A stretch of DNA of 64,000 nt from a virus. Of the stretch, positions 15,746 to 25,718 are shown one piece after another (positions within the stretch are counted from its first letter, which is position 1; each line of letters starts with the position of its first letter). The stretch covers positions 3,473 to 67,472 of IMG/VR virus record IMGVR_UViG_3300023175_000028; one strand, 5' to 3'. The notes under the pieces were generated by a model. That model searched no databases and was not told the origin of the DNA. It saw nothing but the letters and a program-made list of their open reading frames with translations. A program made the position numbers and the translations under genes.

Positions 15746-17511
15746 TCTACTACTTCTATGTCGTTTTCATAACTTGTAAACCCATTTTCTTTAACAACTT
15801 TTAAAATATGATTAACACGACCAATAAGTTCGTCTTTGTGAGAAATAAGATATACATTTTTATCTCTTTCTCGAGTCATTTTCTTAAGTACACCAAGCGA
15901 GTTTTCAACACCTGCTGTATCCATACCACTATCAATCAACTCGTCAATGAATAGCAAGTTGATATTTTGATATAGACTTTCCCAAACATCGCGGAATGCA
16001 AAACTTAAACCTAAAATAAGTCTGTTACGTTCGCCTCGTGACAAGTTATCAAAGTCTAAATCTTGACCTAATTGTGTAATTTCAACAGCTAAGTCATTTT
16101 GGAACACAACTTGATGCGGCAAACCTAATTTATCGAGATAATATGTAAGTCTGTTGTTAAGATATGCAAGATTTTGCTCAATAATTTTCTTACGAATAAA
16201 ACTATCTTTGTTCGTAAGTAGTTTTAATAAGAATTCTTGGTGATCTTTAAGATTGGTAAGCTCATTAACTGGAGTCCAATTAATTTCTTGAAGTGCTTCA
16301 TTTTTTAAATCATCAATTTGTGATTGATATGGATCTTCCTCGTCTTTTTTGTTGTTAAGTGTTTGTTTTAAGTTCTCAACATTGTTTCTATGTTCATATG
16401 CTTCTTTAGCTGTGTCATAAAATGTAACTGGTTTAACATCTAACTCGCCAATATTATCAAGTCCTTTTAACACTTCTTCTAATTTACCGTTAATGTCGGC
16501 TTGATAAGCCATTGCTTCTTCTAATTCTTTGGCCTTTTCTAATAGAATTTCTTGCTTTTTATCTTCATGTAACGGTTGATTACATGCATAACACATTGCA
16601 TTATCGAGCTCTAAAACATCTTTTTCTACCTTGGTTACACGTTTATCGGCTTGTATAAGTGCAGAGTCTAAAGTACTTTTTTCTTTGTTTAGTGCAGTCT
16701 TTGCCTTGTCTAATTCAGACCAATTTTGTAATTTTTCATGTAATTCGAGCTCTTGATCAATGTCTAAATGCTCTAATTCGTCAACTGCTTGCTGTAATTT
16801 GCTTAGATCTTGCTGTTTTTTAGTATTCCAAGCACTTTGTTTGGTTTTTAAACTTTTAATTGTATCTTCAATATGTGAATTAGCATTTTGTACTGCTTCA
16901 ATCTTAACAGTTTCTTCTGTAATTTGATCTTTAGTCTGACGAACTTGATCTTTTAATGATTCTGCCTTTTCAGATAAGATAGTAATACCAAGCAACTGCT
17001 CAATAATAGCACGTTGATCATTTTGACGCATTGATAAGAACGGTTCTGAGTATGTATTAAGTGCAACGATGTGTTTAAACATATCGTGCGACATACCTAA
17101 CAAGTCATTTAAGTATTCTTGCGTTTTGCGACTATCGCCTTGCGATTCGTCTTCTACTTGTTCTTCGTTATTGATATAAAATTTAAAGAAAGTAGGAGAT
17201 CTGCCTCTTTCAATCCGATATTCACTACCGTCTTTTTCAAAATCAAGCGAAACAACCATACCTTTAGAATTTGTCTTGTTGATAAGATTGTTTCGCTTGA
17301 TGTTTGTTAGTGCTTGGCCGTACAAGGCGTAGGATAATGCGTTAATTATCGTAGTTTTACCTGTACCGTTTCGTGAGCCTGAGTCGTCACCTCCTTGATC
17401 GAGATTTTCACCAAGCACTAAGGTCAGTTTTTCTTTGTTAAAGTCTACAGCCTGGGTTTGATTGCCCACACTCATAAAGTTTTTTACTGTTAAATCTTTA
17501 ATTTTAATCAT
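15742..17511 (-). CDS. gp46: Recombination endonuclease ATPase subunit (gp46, Rad50/SbcC-like)
   Basis: Walker A NGTGKTT, coiled coil with CYAC zinc hook, LSRGE signature, Walker B LLFIDE, ISH loop. Confidence 0.95.
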   Translation of the reverse strand: MIKIKDLTVKNFMSVGNQTQAVDFNKEKLTLVLGENLDQGGDDSGSRNGTGKTTIINALSYALYGQALTNIKRNNLINKTNSKGMVVSLDFEKDGSEYRIERGRSPTFFKFYINNEEQVEDESQGDSRKTQEYLNDLLGMSHDMFKHIVALNTYSEPFLSMRQNDQRAIIEQLLGITILSEKAESLKDQVRQTKDQITEETVKIEAVQNANSHIEDTIKSLKTKQSAWNTKKQQDLSKLQQAVDELEHLDIDQELELHEKLQNWSELDKAKTALNKEKSTLDSALIQADKRVTKVEKDVLELDNAMCYACNQPLHEDKKQEILLEKAKELEEAMAYQADINGKLEEVLKGLDNIGELDVKPVTFYDTAKEAYEHRNNVENLKQTLNNKKDEEDPYQSQIDDLKNEALQEINWTPVNELTNLKDHQEFLLKLLTNKDSFIRKKIIEQNLAYLNNRLTYYLDKLGLPHQVVFQNDLAVEITQLGQDLDFDNLSRGERNRLILGLSFAFRDVWESLYQNINLLFIDELIDSGMDTAGVENSLGVLKKMTRERDKNVYLISHKDELIGRVNHILKVVKENGFTSYENDIEVVE

Positions 17512-18518
17512 AATTCGTTATAAATGTCCAATAGCATTTTTTTATTGAAGTTGTCGCTGTCGATTGCGGCAATTTCTTTGGATACAATTTCATCTACACT
17601 TTCAAACTGTGTAATATCTAAGTCTGTAGAAATTTCTTCAATTTGTTTTTGCGGAATTAGTGTAATTTCACGACAGTTATGCTTACTAATGTATGTTTCT
17701 TTAATAAACTGTGCTTCTTCGTAACTAATAGGTAAGTCAAGTGTAACTCGAAGGTACATTTTAGGTTTAATAATGTCACTTTCTGGATCAAGTAACTTGC
17801 TTAGTGTAGTTGTACGATACTTAGGACAGTTCCACCAGTTGATATACTCGGGTTCTTTACCATTTTCTTTGTCAAGGATCATCATTCCGCGTTCGTCATC
17901 CCATGCATCTGCATAGTTGTGTGGAAATGCGTTACCAATGTAATGAATTTTACCTTGCACCTGTCGCTTGTGGAAGTGACCACTAAACACATACTCTTGA
18001 TTTTTAAAATGTTGCGGGCGTAGATCACCGTGGTCTGGCATTTGCACCATAGCATTCATATAAAAACTTGGAAGTTCAAAATGACCAAACATATATTTGG
18101 CTTTAATGTTTTCAATTTTCTTCCATTCGTCGCCTACAAGCCACGGAACAAGTGCTACATCATCTTCTTCGTAGATTTCATCTACAAAAGTAACACCTTC
18201 GATGTGTTTGCCAAATATAGTTGAACTTACATCACGTTTGTCTTTGTAGTACAAATCGTGATTGCCTACAAACATATAAAAATTGTCAAATGCTTTGCCT
18301 AACTTTTCTAAACTACGAATAGTAGCATCCATAGTTGTTAGGTTAAGCGAATTACGATTGTGATGCCAGTCACCGCAAAAGATAGCGGTCTCGCAATCGT
18401 TTGCTTTTGCTTGTTCAATAAACCAATCTATAAATTCTTCGCAATCGTCGTTGTGTGCTCTACTGTTACCTTTTAAACCAAAATGTATATCTGTAAAGAC
18501 AGCCGCTTTTTTAAACAA
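17508..18518 (-). CDS. gp47: Recombination endonuclease nuclease subunit (gp47, Mre11/SbcD-like)
   Basis: Metallophosphoesterase motifs DIHFG, GD, GNHD, GHFE and SGHFH; adjacent to gp46. Confidence 0.95.
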   Translation of the reverse strand: MFKKAAVFTDIHFGLKGNSRAHNDDCEEFIDWFIEQAKANDCETAIFCGDWHHNRNSLNLTTMDATIRSLEKLGKAFDNFYMFVGNHDLYYKDKRDVSSTIFGKHIEGVTFVDEIYEEDDVALVPWLVGDEWKKIENIKAKYMFGHFELPSFYMNAMVQMPDHGDLRPQHFKNQEYVFSGHFHKRQVQGKIHYIGNAFPHNYADAWDDERGMMILDKENGKEPEYINWWNCPKYRTTTLSKLLDPESDIIKPKMYLRVTLDLPISYEEAQFIKETYISKHNCREITLIPQKQIEEISTDLDITQFESVDEIVSKEIAAIDSDNFNKKMLLDIYNEL

Positions 18519-18545
18519 AATTTATTCTCCGTACTAAGTTATTGT

Positions 18546-18574
18546 ATTTTAAAGTCTTTTTGTTAAGAAGTCAA
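18546..18574 (-). promoter_or_regulatory. Sigma70-type promoter for the gp47-gp46 operon
   Basis: TTGACT-N17-TAAAAT. Confidence 0.7.
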
Positions 18575-18581
18575 CCATAAA

Positions 18582-19403
18582 TTACTTGCCTTCTTTTTCT
18601 CGCTTCATTGCGGCTTCCCATTCGCCTTGATGCTGTCTTGTATAACTTGGAGATAAGTCATTCATTTCAAGGATGTCGTCTCTAATGTTTTGATTGCGTT
18701 TTTCAATGTTGATAATACGTACAAATGAGTTTGTAACTGCCGCTGTGTAGTAAGCAAACGGGTTGTTTGATTTAGATTCATCAAATTGCAAACCGATTTG
18801 AGCAAGTTGTAGTATTGCTTGTCCTCGCATTTCGTCATTATAGGTATATCCTCTCACATTTCCTCGTGTTGCGTATCTTTCACACAGTTTCATCCACATT
18901 TTTGCAAGTTCATTAGTTGCTTTACCTGCTTTTGGATTAAATGCTCCATTTTCCATGCCGCCTTCCCAGTGACTTTTTCCTACAAGCACTAATTCTCCTT
19001 CTTCATTAAATTTATAGTGTTGAAAAGGCGGAAAATTTAGTTTTACTTTGGTGTCTGCAACGGTTTTTGGATTCTTTTTACGTCCTGGCTCATCTGGAAT
19101 ATGGTCAAACGTCATAATACGGAAGATTAGCTCTTCTTTTGTAATCTTTGTGTATGGAATTTCACAATCTGCTTGTTTTACTTTTTCGCCATTGGCTTTT
19201 CTGGTTGCATAATCTGCTTGTGAAAGTCTTTTTGCTTTGTTTCTTTTTGCTTCTGCAATAGTTCTAATGTTAATTTTTTTAACATCGTCTAAAATAATAT
19301 CAAATTGATGATAATCAGGATCAACAAAACTGCAAAATGAGCTCTTAGATTTGTGTATCTCGGCTAAGAGGTCTTTGTTGTTCAAATAGTTTATTTTTCT
19401 CAT
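18582..19403 (-). CDS. gp55: Late-transcription sigma factor, gp55-like
   Basis: NYLNNKDL, GYTYNDEM, FDESKSNNPFAYYT and FVRIINIEK motifs; next to gp47 as in T4-like genomes. Confidence 0.88.
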   Translation of the reverse strand: MRKINYLNNKDLLAEIHKSKSSFCSFVDPDYHQFDIILDDVKKINIRTIAEAKRNKAKRLSQADYATRKANGEKVKQADCEIPYTKITKEELIFRIMTFDHIPDEPGRKKNPKTVADTKVKLNFPPFQHYKFNEEGELVLVGKSHWEGGMENGAFNPKAGKATNELAKMWMKLCERYATRGNVRGYTYNDEMRGQAILQLAQIGLQFDESKSNNPFAYYTAAVTNSFVRIINIEKRNQNIRDDILEMNDLSPSYTRQHQGEWEAAMKREKEGK

Positions 19404-19425
19404 AATTTCTCCATAATACTCGTAT

Positions 19426-19454
19426 ATTATAATATACGTACATTAAAAAGTCAA
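19426..19454 (-). promoter_or_regulatory. Sigma70-type promoter for gp55 overlapped by an 18-bp palindrome
   Basis: TTGACT-N17-TATAAT; perfect palindrome CGTATATTATAATATACG at 19421-19438. Confidence 0.75.
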
Positions 19455-19482
19455 CTAAATAATAACACAGGAGAAGAAAAAA

Positions 19483-20247
19483 ATGTCATTTTTAGAAAAC
19501 GTAGTTCAAAAAGTTGGTAACAACATAACAAATAACATAAAGCGTGAAATTGAAGACACCAATTTTGGCCGCGCACTAAGAATGGTTGGTATCTTAGACG
19601 GCGCCGAGCCTCAAGACAATAATTTTTCAGTAGCACGAGCGTTTGATCAAAATTCAAAAGGTGACTGGCGTGTAAGACTGTCTTTACCTCCAACAGGAAC
19701 ATTTAAAAGTAGTAATGTTTTAAATCCTTTACTTGAAACCAACGGCTTAGTTTTTCCATATACTCCGAGCGTGTTTGTTACTCATAGTGCAAATTATAAC
19801 CAATTGCAACCGACTCATAGTAATTATCCCTTCCACATTTATTCTGGATCACAAGTGGATCAGTTTACAATTACAGGAGATTTTACAGTTGAAAATGCAA
19901 AAGAAGCAGAATATTGGGTTGCCGCAATTCACTATTTAAGATCTGTAACAAAAATGGCATATGGTGAAAGTTCTAACAAAGGCTCACCACCTCCAGTACT
20001 AAAATTAAACGGATACGGTTCTTTTGTGTTTAATAATATTCCGGTTGTTGTACAAAACTTTAACGTAACATTACCTAACGATGTAGATTATATTCCAACC
20101 AGAATGGCAGGCGAAGCATATGCTCCAACCAGATCAGAAATTGCAGTAGCTCTTGTTCCACAATACAGCAGAGATAAAGTTAATAAATTTAGTCTTGATA
20201 AATTTGTTGACGGCGGCTACATTGGAACAGGACAAGGATACTTATAA
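19483..20247 (+). CDS. Baseplate / tail-tube initiator protein (gp48/gp54-like)
   Basis: LVFPYTP and PPPVLKLNGYG motifs; first gene of the baseplate block; CTAAATA motif at 19455-19461. Confidence 0.65.
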   Translation: MSFLENVVQKVGNNITNNIKREIEDTNFGRALRMVGILDGAEPQDNNFSVARAFDQNSKGDWRVRLSLPPTGTFKSSNVLNPLLETNGLVFPYTPSVFVTHSANYNQLQPTHSNYPFHIYSGSQVDQFTITGDFTVENAKEAEYWVAAIHYLRSVTKMAYGESSNKGSPPPVLKLNGYGSFVFNNIPVVVQNFNVTLPNDVDYIPTRMAGEAYAPTRSEIAVALVPQYSRDKVNKFSLDKFVDGGYIGTGQGYL

Positions 20248-20549
20248 TGGCAAAATATTCAGAATCAAGTCCTTGGAAAGATACAAGAGAAATAAGCGGA
20301 CAATATCTTGGCATATTAAGCATTAGACCAGTTCCGTCTGAATCAGATGACATCGAATATGAAATTGGTCCGCAGTATACATATAGACCAGATCTATTAG
20401 CATACGACTTATATGATGATCGTAATCTGTGGTGGGTATTTGCTCAAAGAAATATGGATGTTCTTAAAGATCCAGTGTATGACTTTATTGCAGGTACAAA
20501 AATTTATCTACCTAAAAAATCAAATCTAATAACAGAATTCGGAGTTTAA
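20247..20549 (+). CDS. gp53: Baseplate wedge protein, gp53-like (LysM-like)
   Basis: RPDLLAYDLYDDRNLWWVFAQRN and GTKIYLP. Confidence 0.8.
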   Translation: MAKYSESSPWKDTREISGQYLGILSIRPVPSESDDIEYEIGPQYTYRPDLLAYDLYDDRNLWWVFAQRNMDVLKDPVYDFIAGTKIYLPKKSNLITEFGV

Positions 20550-20550
20550 T

Positions 20551-23334
20551 ATGCCCGAACCTCAAAATCAACAAGAACGTTTAAGACTCGCAGGGATAGA
20601 TTCAGAAGACGTAGCCGAGCAAGGCGGCCTAAGTGAAGCATTGGCTCAGCCAGTTGTTCAATCGGCTAATATTACTCTTGATGGTTTAGGACAAGCACTT
20701 TCGGGACCTATGGCAGACGTTAAAGGTGCAATTAAATCTTTAGATAGACTTGGAGATGTAGTTAAAAATCCAGGAGCAGCCTTAGGAAATGCTATTGGCG
20801 GCGAATTTGGAAATATAGTAAGTGGACTATTAAGCGGTTCTGGGATAGCGTTTGGCGGCGGGATACAAAAAAATCCTTTGAGCAGATTTGCAAGTTATAA
20901 TAATATTTTTACATTAGGAGTTTTGTCTACAGCAGAAGTTAATAACCCAGATTTAACTTATAGAAAAAGAGGCCCAAGCATTGTTATTTTAAAATCTGGC
21001 GGTACTGGAGGAAATCAAGTTAAAACACCTTTAGAAAAGGCAGCAGGAATTACAGGTGAATACTTTATTGATGATGTTGAAATTGGTTGCTTAATAGCTC
21101 CTAATCCAAAAACTAAACAAACAAATGCTACTAATATTAGTTTTAGAGTAATGGAACCTTATTCAATGGGTCAATTTTTAAAAGCAATGCATTCCGCGGC
21201 AATCCAAGGCGGATACAAAAATTACTTAGATGCACCATACCTTTTACAAATTGAATTTATTGGCTGGGACGATAATGGAAGACCTGTAAACGACTCTCGT
21301 TCTCGCCGAATGTTTCCTCTTAAATTTTCTAACGTAACATTTGATGTTGACGAAAACGGAAGTAACTACGAAGTTACTGCTATACCTTGGCATGAGCAAG
21401 CACTTACTGACGAAAGACAGCAAACTCCTAATGATACTGATATAAAAGGAACAACACTCCTTGAGCTTTTACAAACAGGACCTGAAAGTTTATCAACAAT
21501 ACTTAATACAAGAGAGCAAGAACAAGTTCAAGCAGGTAACAAAAAAGTTGCAGACGAATATGTTATTATGTTTCCTAAAGAATTAGCTTCAGCAACATCT
21601 CCAGGAGCAGAACAAACTGAGTCTAATCAAGGTGCAACTACATCAAGCACTCCGGCAAACGGCAGTGCAAGCGGTAATGCATCATCTGAAGAAAGAAATC
21701 AAGAATTATTTGATCAATTAACAGGTACGACTGGCGGCGATGTACCAGAAGATTTTGATGCTGAAGTTAGTAAAATTTTAGGCATTGTTGTTCGTCGAAG
21801 TCAGTTAGGAGAATCTATTAGAGAATCAGCTGAAAAAGAAGAAAACGTTAATGCTATTGGCAAAAGTAAAATTGTAAAAAGTTTCTTAGATGAAGGAACA
21901 CAGTTTTTTGGTAAACCGGCATTTGTAGAAAACGAGGAAAATCCTGGAAATCTTAATAGAGCATTAATTCAAACTTCGGATGAAGGTCGACGAATAAACT
22001 TTAAACAAGGTACACGAGTACAAGATATTATTGAAGAAGCAATACTTATTTCAGAATACGGAAGACAATTTCCAACACAATCACCTGACTCTAATGGCAT
22101 GAAACAATGGTTTAGAATAGAAAGTGATGTTTTTGCAATACCGGGAAATGACAATGTTGCACAAACAGGAACACAAGCAAAAATTTATGTTTATAAAGTT
22201 GTTCCGTTTCAAGTGCAAACATCAAGACTTACTTCGCCAACTCAGTCTCCAGCAGGATTTGCAGGATTACGAAATCAGGCTGTAAAAAAATATGATTACA
22301 TCTATACTGGCGAAAATGACGACATTATAAATTTTGATATCAATATTAATACAGCATTCTTTAATGCTCTTAATGGCGATTTTGGTCAGTTAACACAGTC
22401 ACAAAAAACACAAGGTTCTGGCGGAACTGTTGCATCACCGGATGCGCCTGTACACGGAGCCGCAGACGGCGACGAATCTAATTCTTCTTCTGCTGGCGTT
22501 TCTGGAGCACAATCTGTTCCAAGTACAAATACAGGAGAATCAGGTTCAGGACCGCAAAATCATCCAGAAACGCAAGTTGCAAGATCTTTTAATGATTCAA
22601 TTGTAAATTCTAATACAGATTTAGTTAGTGTAGAATTAGAAATTTGGGGCGATCCTTACTATATTGCAGACAGCGGAATGGGAAATTATAGTGCAGGCAA
22701 CGATTTAGGAAAAATTAATTTAACCACTGATGGCACTATGAATTATCAAAATGGTGAAGTTGATATAGAATTAAACTTTAGAACTCCAATTGATATAAGA
22801 GATCACGGGTCAATGAAATTTCCAGCAGGCGCTACAAAAGCGATCGGCGCTTTTAGTGGATTATATCAAGTAACACAGGTTACAAATAGTTGGAGTGGTA
22901 ATCAATTTAAACAAACATTAAAAACAATTAGAAGAAGGAACCAGCCTGAAGACACTGGTGTTGTACCTCTTGATATTGCAATTGAAGCAGTAATTGAAAA
23001 AGGTATTGATGCAATTATTTCGCCTTTGGCTTCAGCTCCGGTAGCCGCGTTTAATGGTGCACTTCAAGATATTCAAGGTGAAATTGATGCGGCAGCGGCA
23101 ACATTATCAACTGGTTTAGGAGGTGCTCTTGCTAATGGAGCAGTAGCACTTGACGCAGGAATTAACGAAGTAACTGGAAACTTAGCCGCAGCCTTAAAAG
23201 AAAATATTCCCACTATTCCTTCTCTTGATGTAGAAGGTTCGTTAAGTAGTGCATTAAGTGAAACACCTGTAAATGTTACAAATACTACAACAGATGCTCA
23301 GGGCGAAATTGATGATTTTGCAGAAGGACTATAA
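20551..23334 (+). CDS. Baseplate hub protein (gp27-like position)
   Basis: 927 aa between gp53-like and gp5-like genes; ELEIWGDPYY and FSGLYQVTQVTNSWSGNQFKQTL segments. Confidence 0.6.
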   Translation: MPEPQNQQERLRLAGIDSEDVAEQGGLSEALAQPVVQSANITLDGLGQALSGPMADVKGAIKSLDRLGDVVKNPGAALGNAIGGEFGNIVSGLLSGSGIAFGGGIQKNPLSRFASYNNIFTLGVLSTAEVNNPDLTYRKRGPSIVILKSGGTGGNQVKTPLEKAAGITGEYFIDDVEIGCLIAPNPKTKQTNATNISFRVMEPYSMGQFLKAMHSAAIQGGYKNYLDAPYLLQIEFIGWDDNGRPVNDSRSRRMFPLKFSNVTFDVDENGSNYEVTAIPWHEQALTDERQQTPNDTDIKGTTLLELLQTGPESLSTILNTREQEQVQAGNKKVADEYVIMFPKELASATSPGAEQTESNQGATTSSTPANGSASGNASSEERNQELFDQLTGTTGGDVPEDFDAEVSKILGIVVRRSQLGESIRESAEKEENVNAIGKSKIVKSFLDEGTQFFGKPAFVENEENPGNLNRALIQTSDEGRRINFKQGTRVQDIIEEAILISEYGRQFPTQSPDSNGMKQWFRIESDVFAIPGNDNVAQTGTQAKIYVYKVVPFQVQTSRLTSPTQSPAGFAGLRNQAVKKYDYIYTGENDDIINFDININTAFFNALNGDFGQLTQSQKTQGSGGTVASPDAPVHGAADGDESNSSSAGVSGAQSVPSTNTGESGSGPQNHPETQVARSFNDSIVNSNTDLVSVELEIWGDPYYIADSGMGNYSAGNDLGKINLTTDGTMNYQNGEVDIELNFRTPIDIRDHGSMKFPAGATKAIGAFSGLYQVTQVTNSWSGNQFKQTLKTIRRRNQPEDTGVVPLDIAIEAVIEKGIDAIISPLASAPVAAFNGALQDIQGEIDAAAATLSTGLGGALANGAVALDAGINEVTGNLAAALKENIPTIPSLDVEGSLSSALSETPVNVTNTTTDAQGEIDDFAEGL

Positions 23335-23337
23335 TAT

Positions 23338-25209
23338 ATGGTAGATAAGGTTAATACTAATCAACAAGAACGTACATCCAGTGCTGGGTTTAAAGAAAAA
23401 TTCCCTTCGCAACCTTGTATTGCTATTGTAAGAAATCATTTAGATAGCACATTTATGGGAAGTTTAGAAGTTGAACTATTAACAAAAAGTAATTCTGGTA
23501 ACTCTACTAATGCCCCAGGACAATTATTAGTAGTCAAATATTTAAGTCCTTTTATGGGTGTTACATCACTTAATGGTACAACTGCAAACGAAGGAGCACA
23601 AAATAGTCAACGTAGTTATGGTTTCTGGGGAGTACCACCAGACATTAATTCAAAAGTTCTTGTAGTATTTGCAGAAGGCGGACAAGGATTTTGGATAGGA
23701 TGTATTCCCGAAGAACATGTTAATATAATGACGCCAGATAGTTATGTTTCAAGTACATACAACGATACTGATCGTACTAAAAAATTACCTGTTGTAGAAT
23801 ATAACAAAAAGGTAGAAACAGGTCAAGGGCGTAACAGTACTAAATTTATAAAACCTGTAAACAAAGATGTATTAGATATTCTAACAGCACAAGGCCTTAA
23901 CAGCGACGAAGTTAGAGGAACAACAAGTTCAAGTTCGAGAAGAGAACTACCGAGCAATGTTGTTGGACTAAGCAGTCCTGGACCAGCAGATCGCCGTCCA
24001 GGTGCACCAAGGGTGCAATATGGGGAAAACTTTGCACAAACACCAATGCCGCAAAACCGTTTAGGTGGAACAAGTTTAGTAATGGATGACGGAGATACAA
24101 CTTTACTAAGAACAGTACCAGCAAAGGATGGCGCACCTGTATATAAGAATGTAGAAGCCGGCGAAACTGGAGGTGATCCTACACTACCTCATAATGAACT
24201 TTTTAGAATTCGAACAAGAACAGGTCATCAAATATTAATGCATAATACTGAAGATTTGATTTATATTGCAAATGCAAGAGGAACAACTTGGGTAGAATTA
24301 ACAGCAAATGGAAAAATTGATATCTATGCAAAGGATAGTGTCAATGTTCATAGTGAAACAGATATAAACATTAAAGCTGATAAAAATATTAATATTGAAG
24401 CAGGTGAAGACATTAACTTAAAAGCAGGTAAAAACGGAAATCTTACAGCCGCTGAAAATACAAATATACGATCAAAACATCATTATGAAACAGCCGATCG
24501 TATTGATATGAACGGACCAGAAGCAACAGAAGCTCAAGCATCTCAGAGAGTTCCAGAACACGAACCTTGGGCAGGACACGAAAATTTACATAATTCTACA
24601 GTAACTACTCCAGATACATTTAGTCAAAGTAGTACAAGACCTGCTGATTCACAGCCTAATCAGCAAACACCAGATCAAGAACAAGATGAAATTGATGCAG
24701 CCGCAGATGATCTTGACGGAGACGGAGTTGAAGCAACTGAAACAACTACAGGAGTGCCAGCAGAAGTTACTTCTGCCGCAGAAGCAGTTCAAGAAAGTTT
24801 AAGTATTTCTTCTGTAGGTGATTTAGTAAATGCAGTAGTAAGCACTGCTGAAAAAATTACACACGGAATTGGACAAGCAATAGTTGGAACTATTGATGCA
24901 ATAGCAGGACCAAGTTTTTTAACAAACATTAAAAATGTTGGCGGCGAAATAATTCAAGATGTATCAACAGCGGCCGGAGATTTATTAAATTTAAGAACAA
25001 CACTTGCTAAAGGACAGTTACCTACACCTATAAATCCAGCCAATAGTGCTGAAAGTTTATTTGGCGGACCTGAAGATAGACAATTAATAGCCGATGTTGG
25101 AGCAGGAAAATATAGCAATGGCGAAACAGTTACTATGTCTAATGGTGATAGATTGCGTGTAACAGAAGAAGATGGAAAATTTAGTTTAGTGAATTTTAAT
25201 GTAGGTTAA
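23338..25209 (+). CDS. gp5: Baseplate central spike, gp5/VgrG-like, no visible lysozyme domain
   Basis: OB-fold-type PPDINSKVLVVFAEG...FWIGC, RIRTRTGHQI, and beta-helix repeats INIKADKNINIEAGEDINLKAG. Confidence 0.7.
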   Translation: MVDKVNTNQQERTSSAGFKEKFPSQPCIAIVRNHLDSTFMGSLEVELLTKSNSGNSTNAPGQLLVVKYLSPFMGVTSLNGTTANEGAQNSQRSYGFWGVPPDINSKVLVVFAEGGQGFWIGCIPEEHVNIMTPDSYVSSTYNDTDRTKKLPVVEYNKKVETGQGRNSTKFIKPVNKDVLDILTAQGLNSDEVRGTTSSSSRRELPSNVVGLSSPGPADRRPGAPRVQYGENFAQTPMPQNRLGGTSLVMDDGDTTLLRTVPAKDGAPVYKNVEAGETGGDPTLPHNELFRIRTRTGHQILMHNTEDLIYIANARGTTWVELTANGKIDIYAKDSVNVHSETDINIKADKNINIEAGEDINLKAGKNGNLTAAENTNIRSKHHYETADRIDMNGPEATEAQASQRVPEHEPWAGHENLHNSTVTTPDTFSQSSTRPADSQPNQQTPDQEQDEIDAAADDLDGDGVEATETTTGVPAEVTSAAEAVQESLSISSVGDLVNAVVSTAEKITHGIGQAIVGTIDAIAGPSFLTNIKNVGGEIIQDVSTAAGDLLNLRTTLAKGQLPTPINPANSAESLFGGPEDRQLIADVGAGKYSNGETVTMSNGDRLRVTEEDGKFSLVNFNVG

Positions 25210-25216
25210 ATACAAT

Positions 25217-25669
25217 ATGAGCACAACAGAAAAAAATATTTACAAGCAAATAGTAGTACCGGGTAATCAGTCACAAAACGAAGTTCCGGAGCAGAGAGCA
25301 TATAGAGGAATTAGTACTGTTGATCCTGATGCTTCTGATTTTGTGCTTTATGATATTGCTTTAATAAAACAAGATATTATTAATCATTTTCATATTAGAC
25401 AAGGTGAAAAATTAAGTGATCCGGGATTTGGTACAATTATTTGGGACGTTTTGTTCGAGCCATTAACAGATCAATTAAAAGAAGCAATAGCTAATAACGT
25501 TACTCGAATAATTAACTACGATCCTCGAGTATCTGTTGAAGAAGTAGTAGTAGATAGTTATGAAAGCGGAATACAAATAGAGTGTACATTAACTTATAAA
25601 CCATATAATATTTCTGAAAGTATGAAAATGAAGTTTGATGAAGATGCAGGCTTTGCAGTTAGAAATTAA
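25217..25669 (+). CDS. gp25: Baseplate wedge / sheath initiator, gp25-like
   Basis: GEKLSDPGFGTIIWDVLFEP and YDPRV motifs. Confidence 0.9.
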   Translation: MSTTEKNIYKQIVVPGNQSQNEVPEQRAYRGISTVDPDASDFVLYDIALIKQDIINHFHIRQGEKLSDPGFGTIIWDVLFEPLTDQLKEAIANNVTRIINYDPRVSVEEVVVDSYESGIQIECTLTYKPYNISESMKMKFDEDAGFAVRN

Positions 25670-25718
25670 GTGCGTATATAATTTAAAAAAATAAATACAC
25701 TATAACGAGGAAAGCAAC

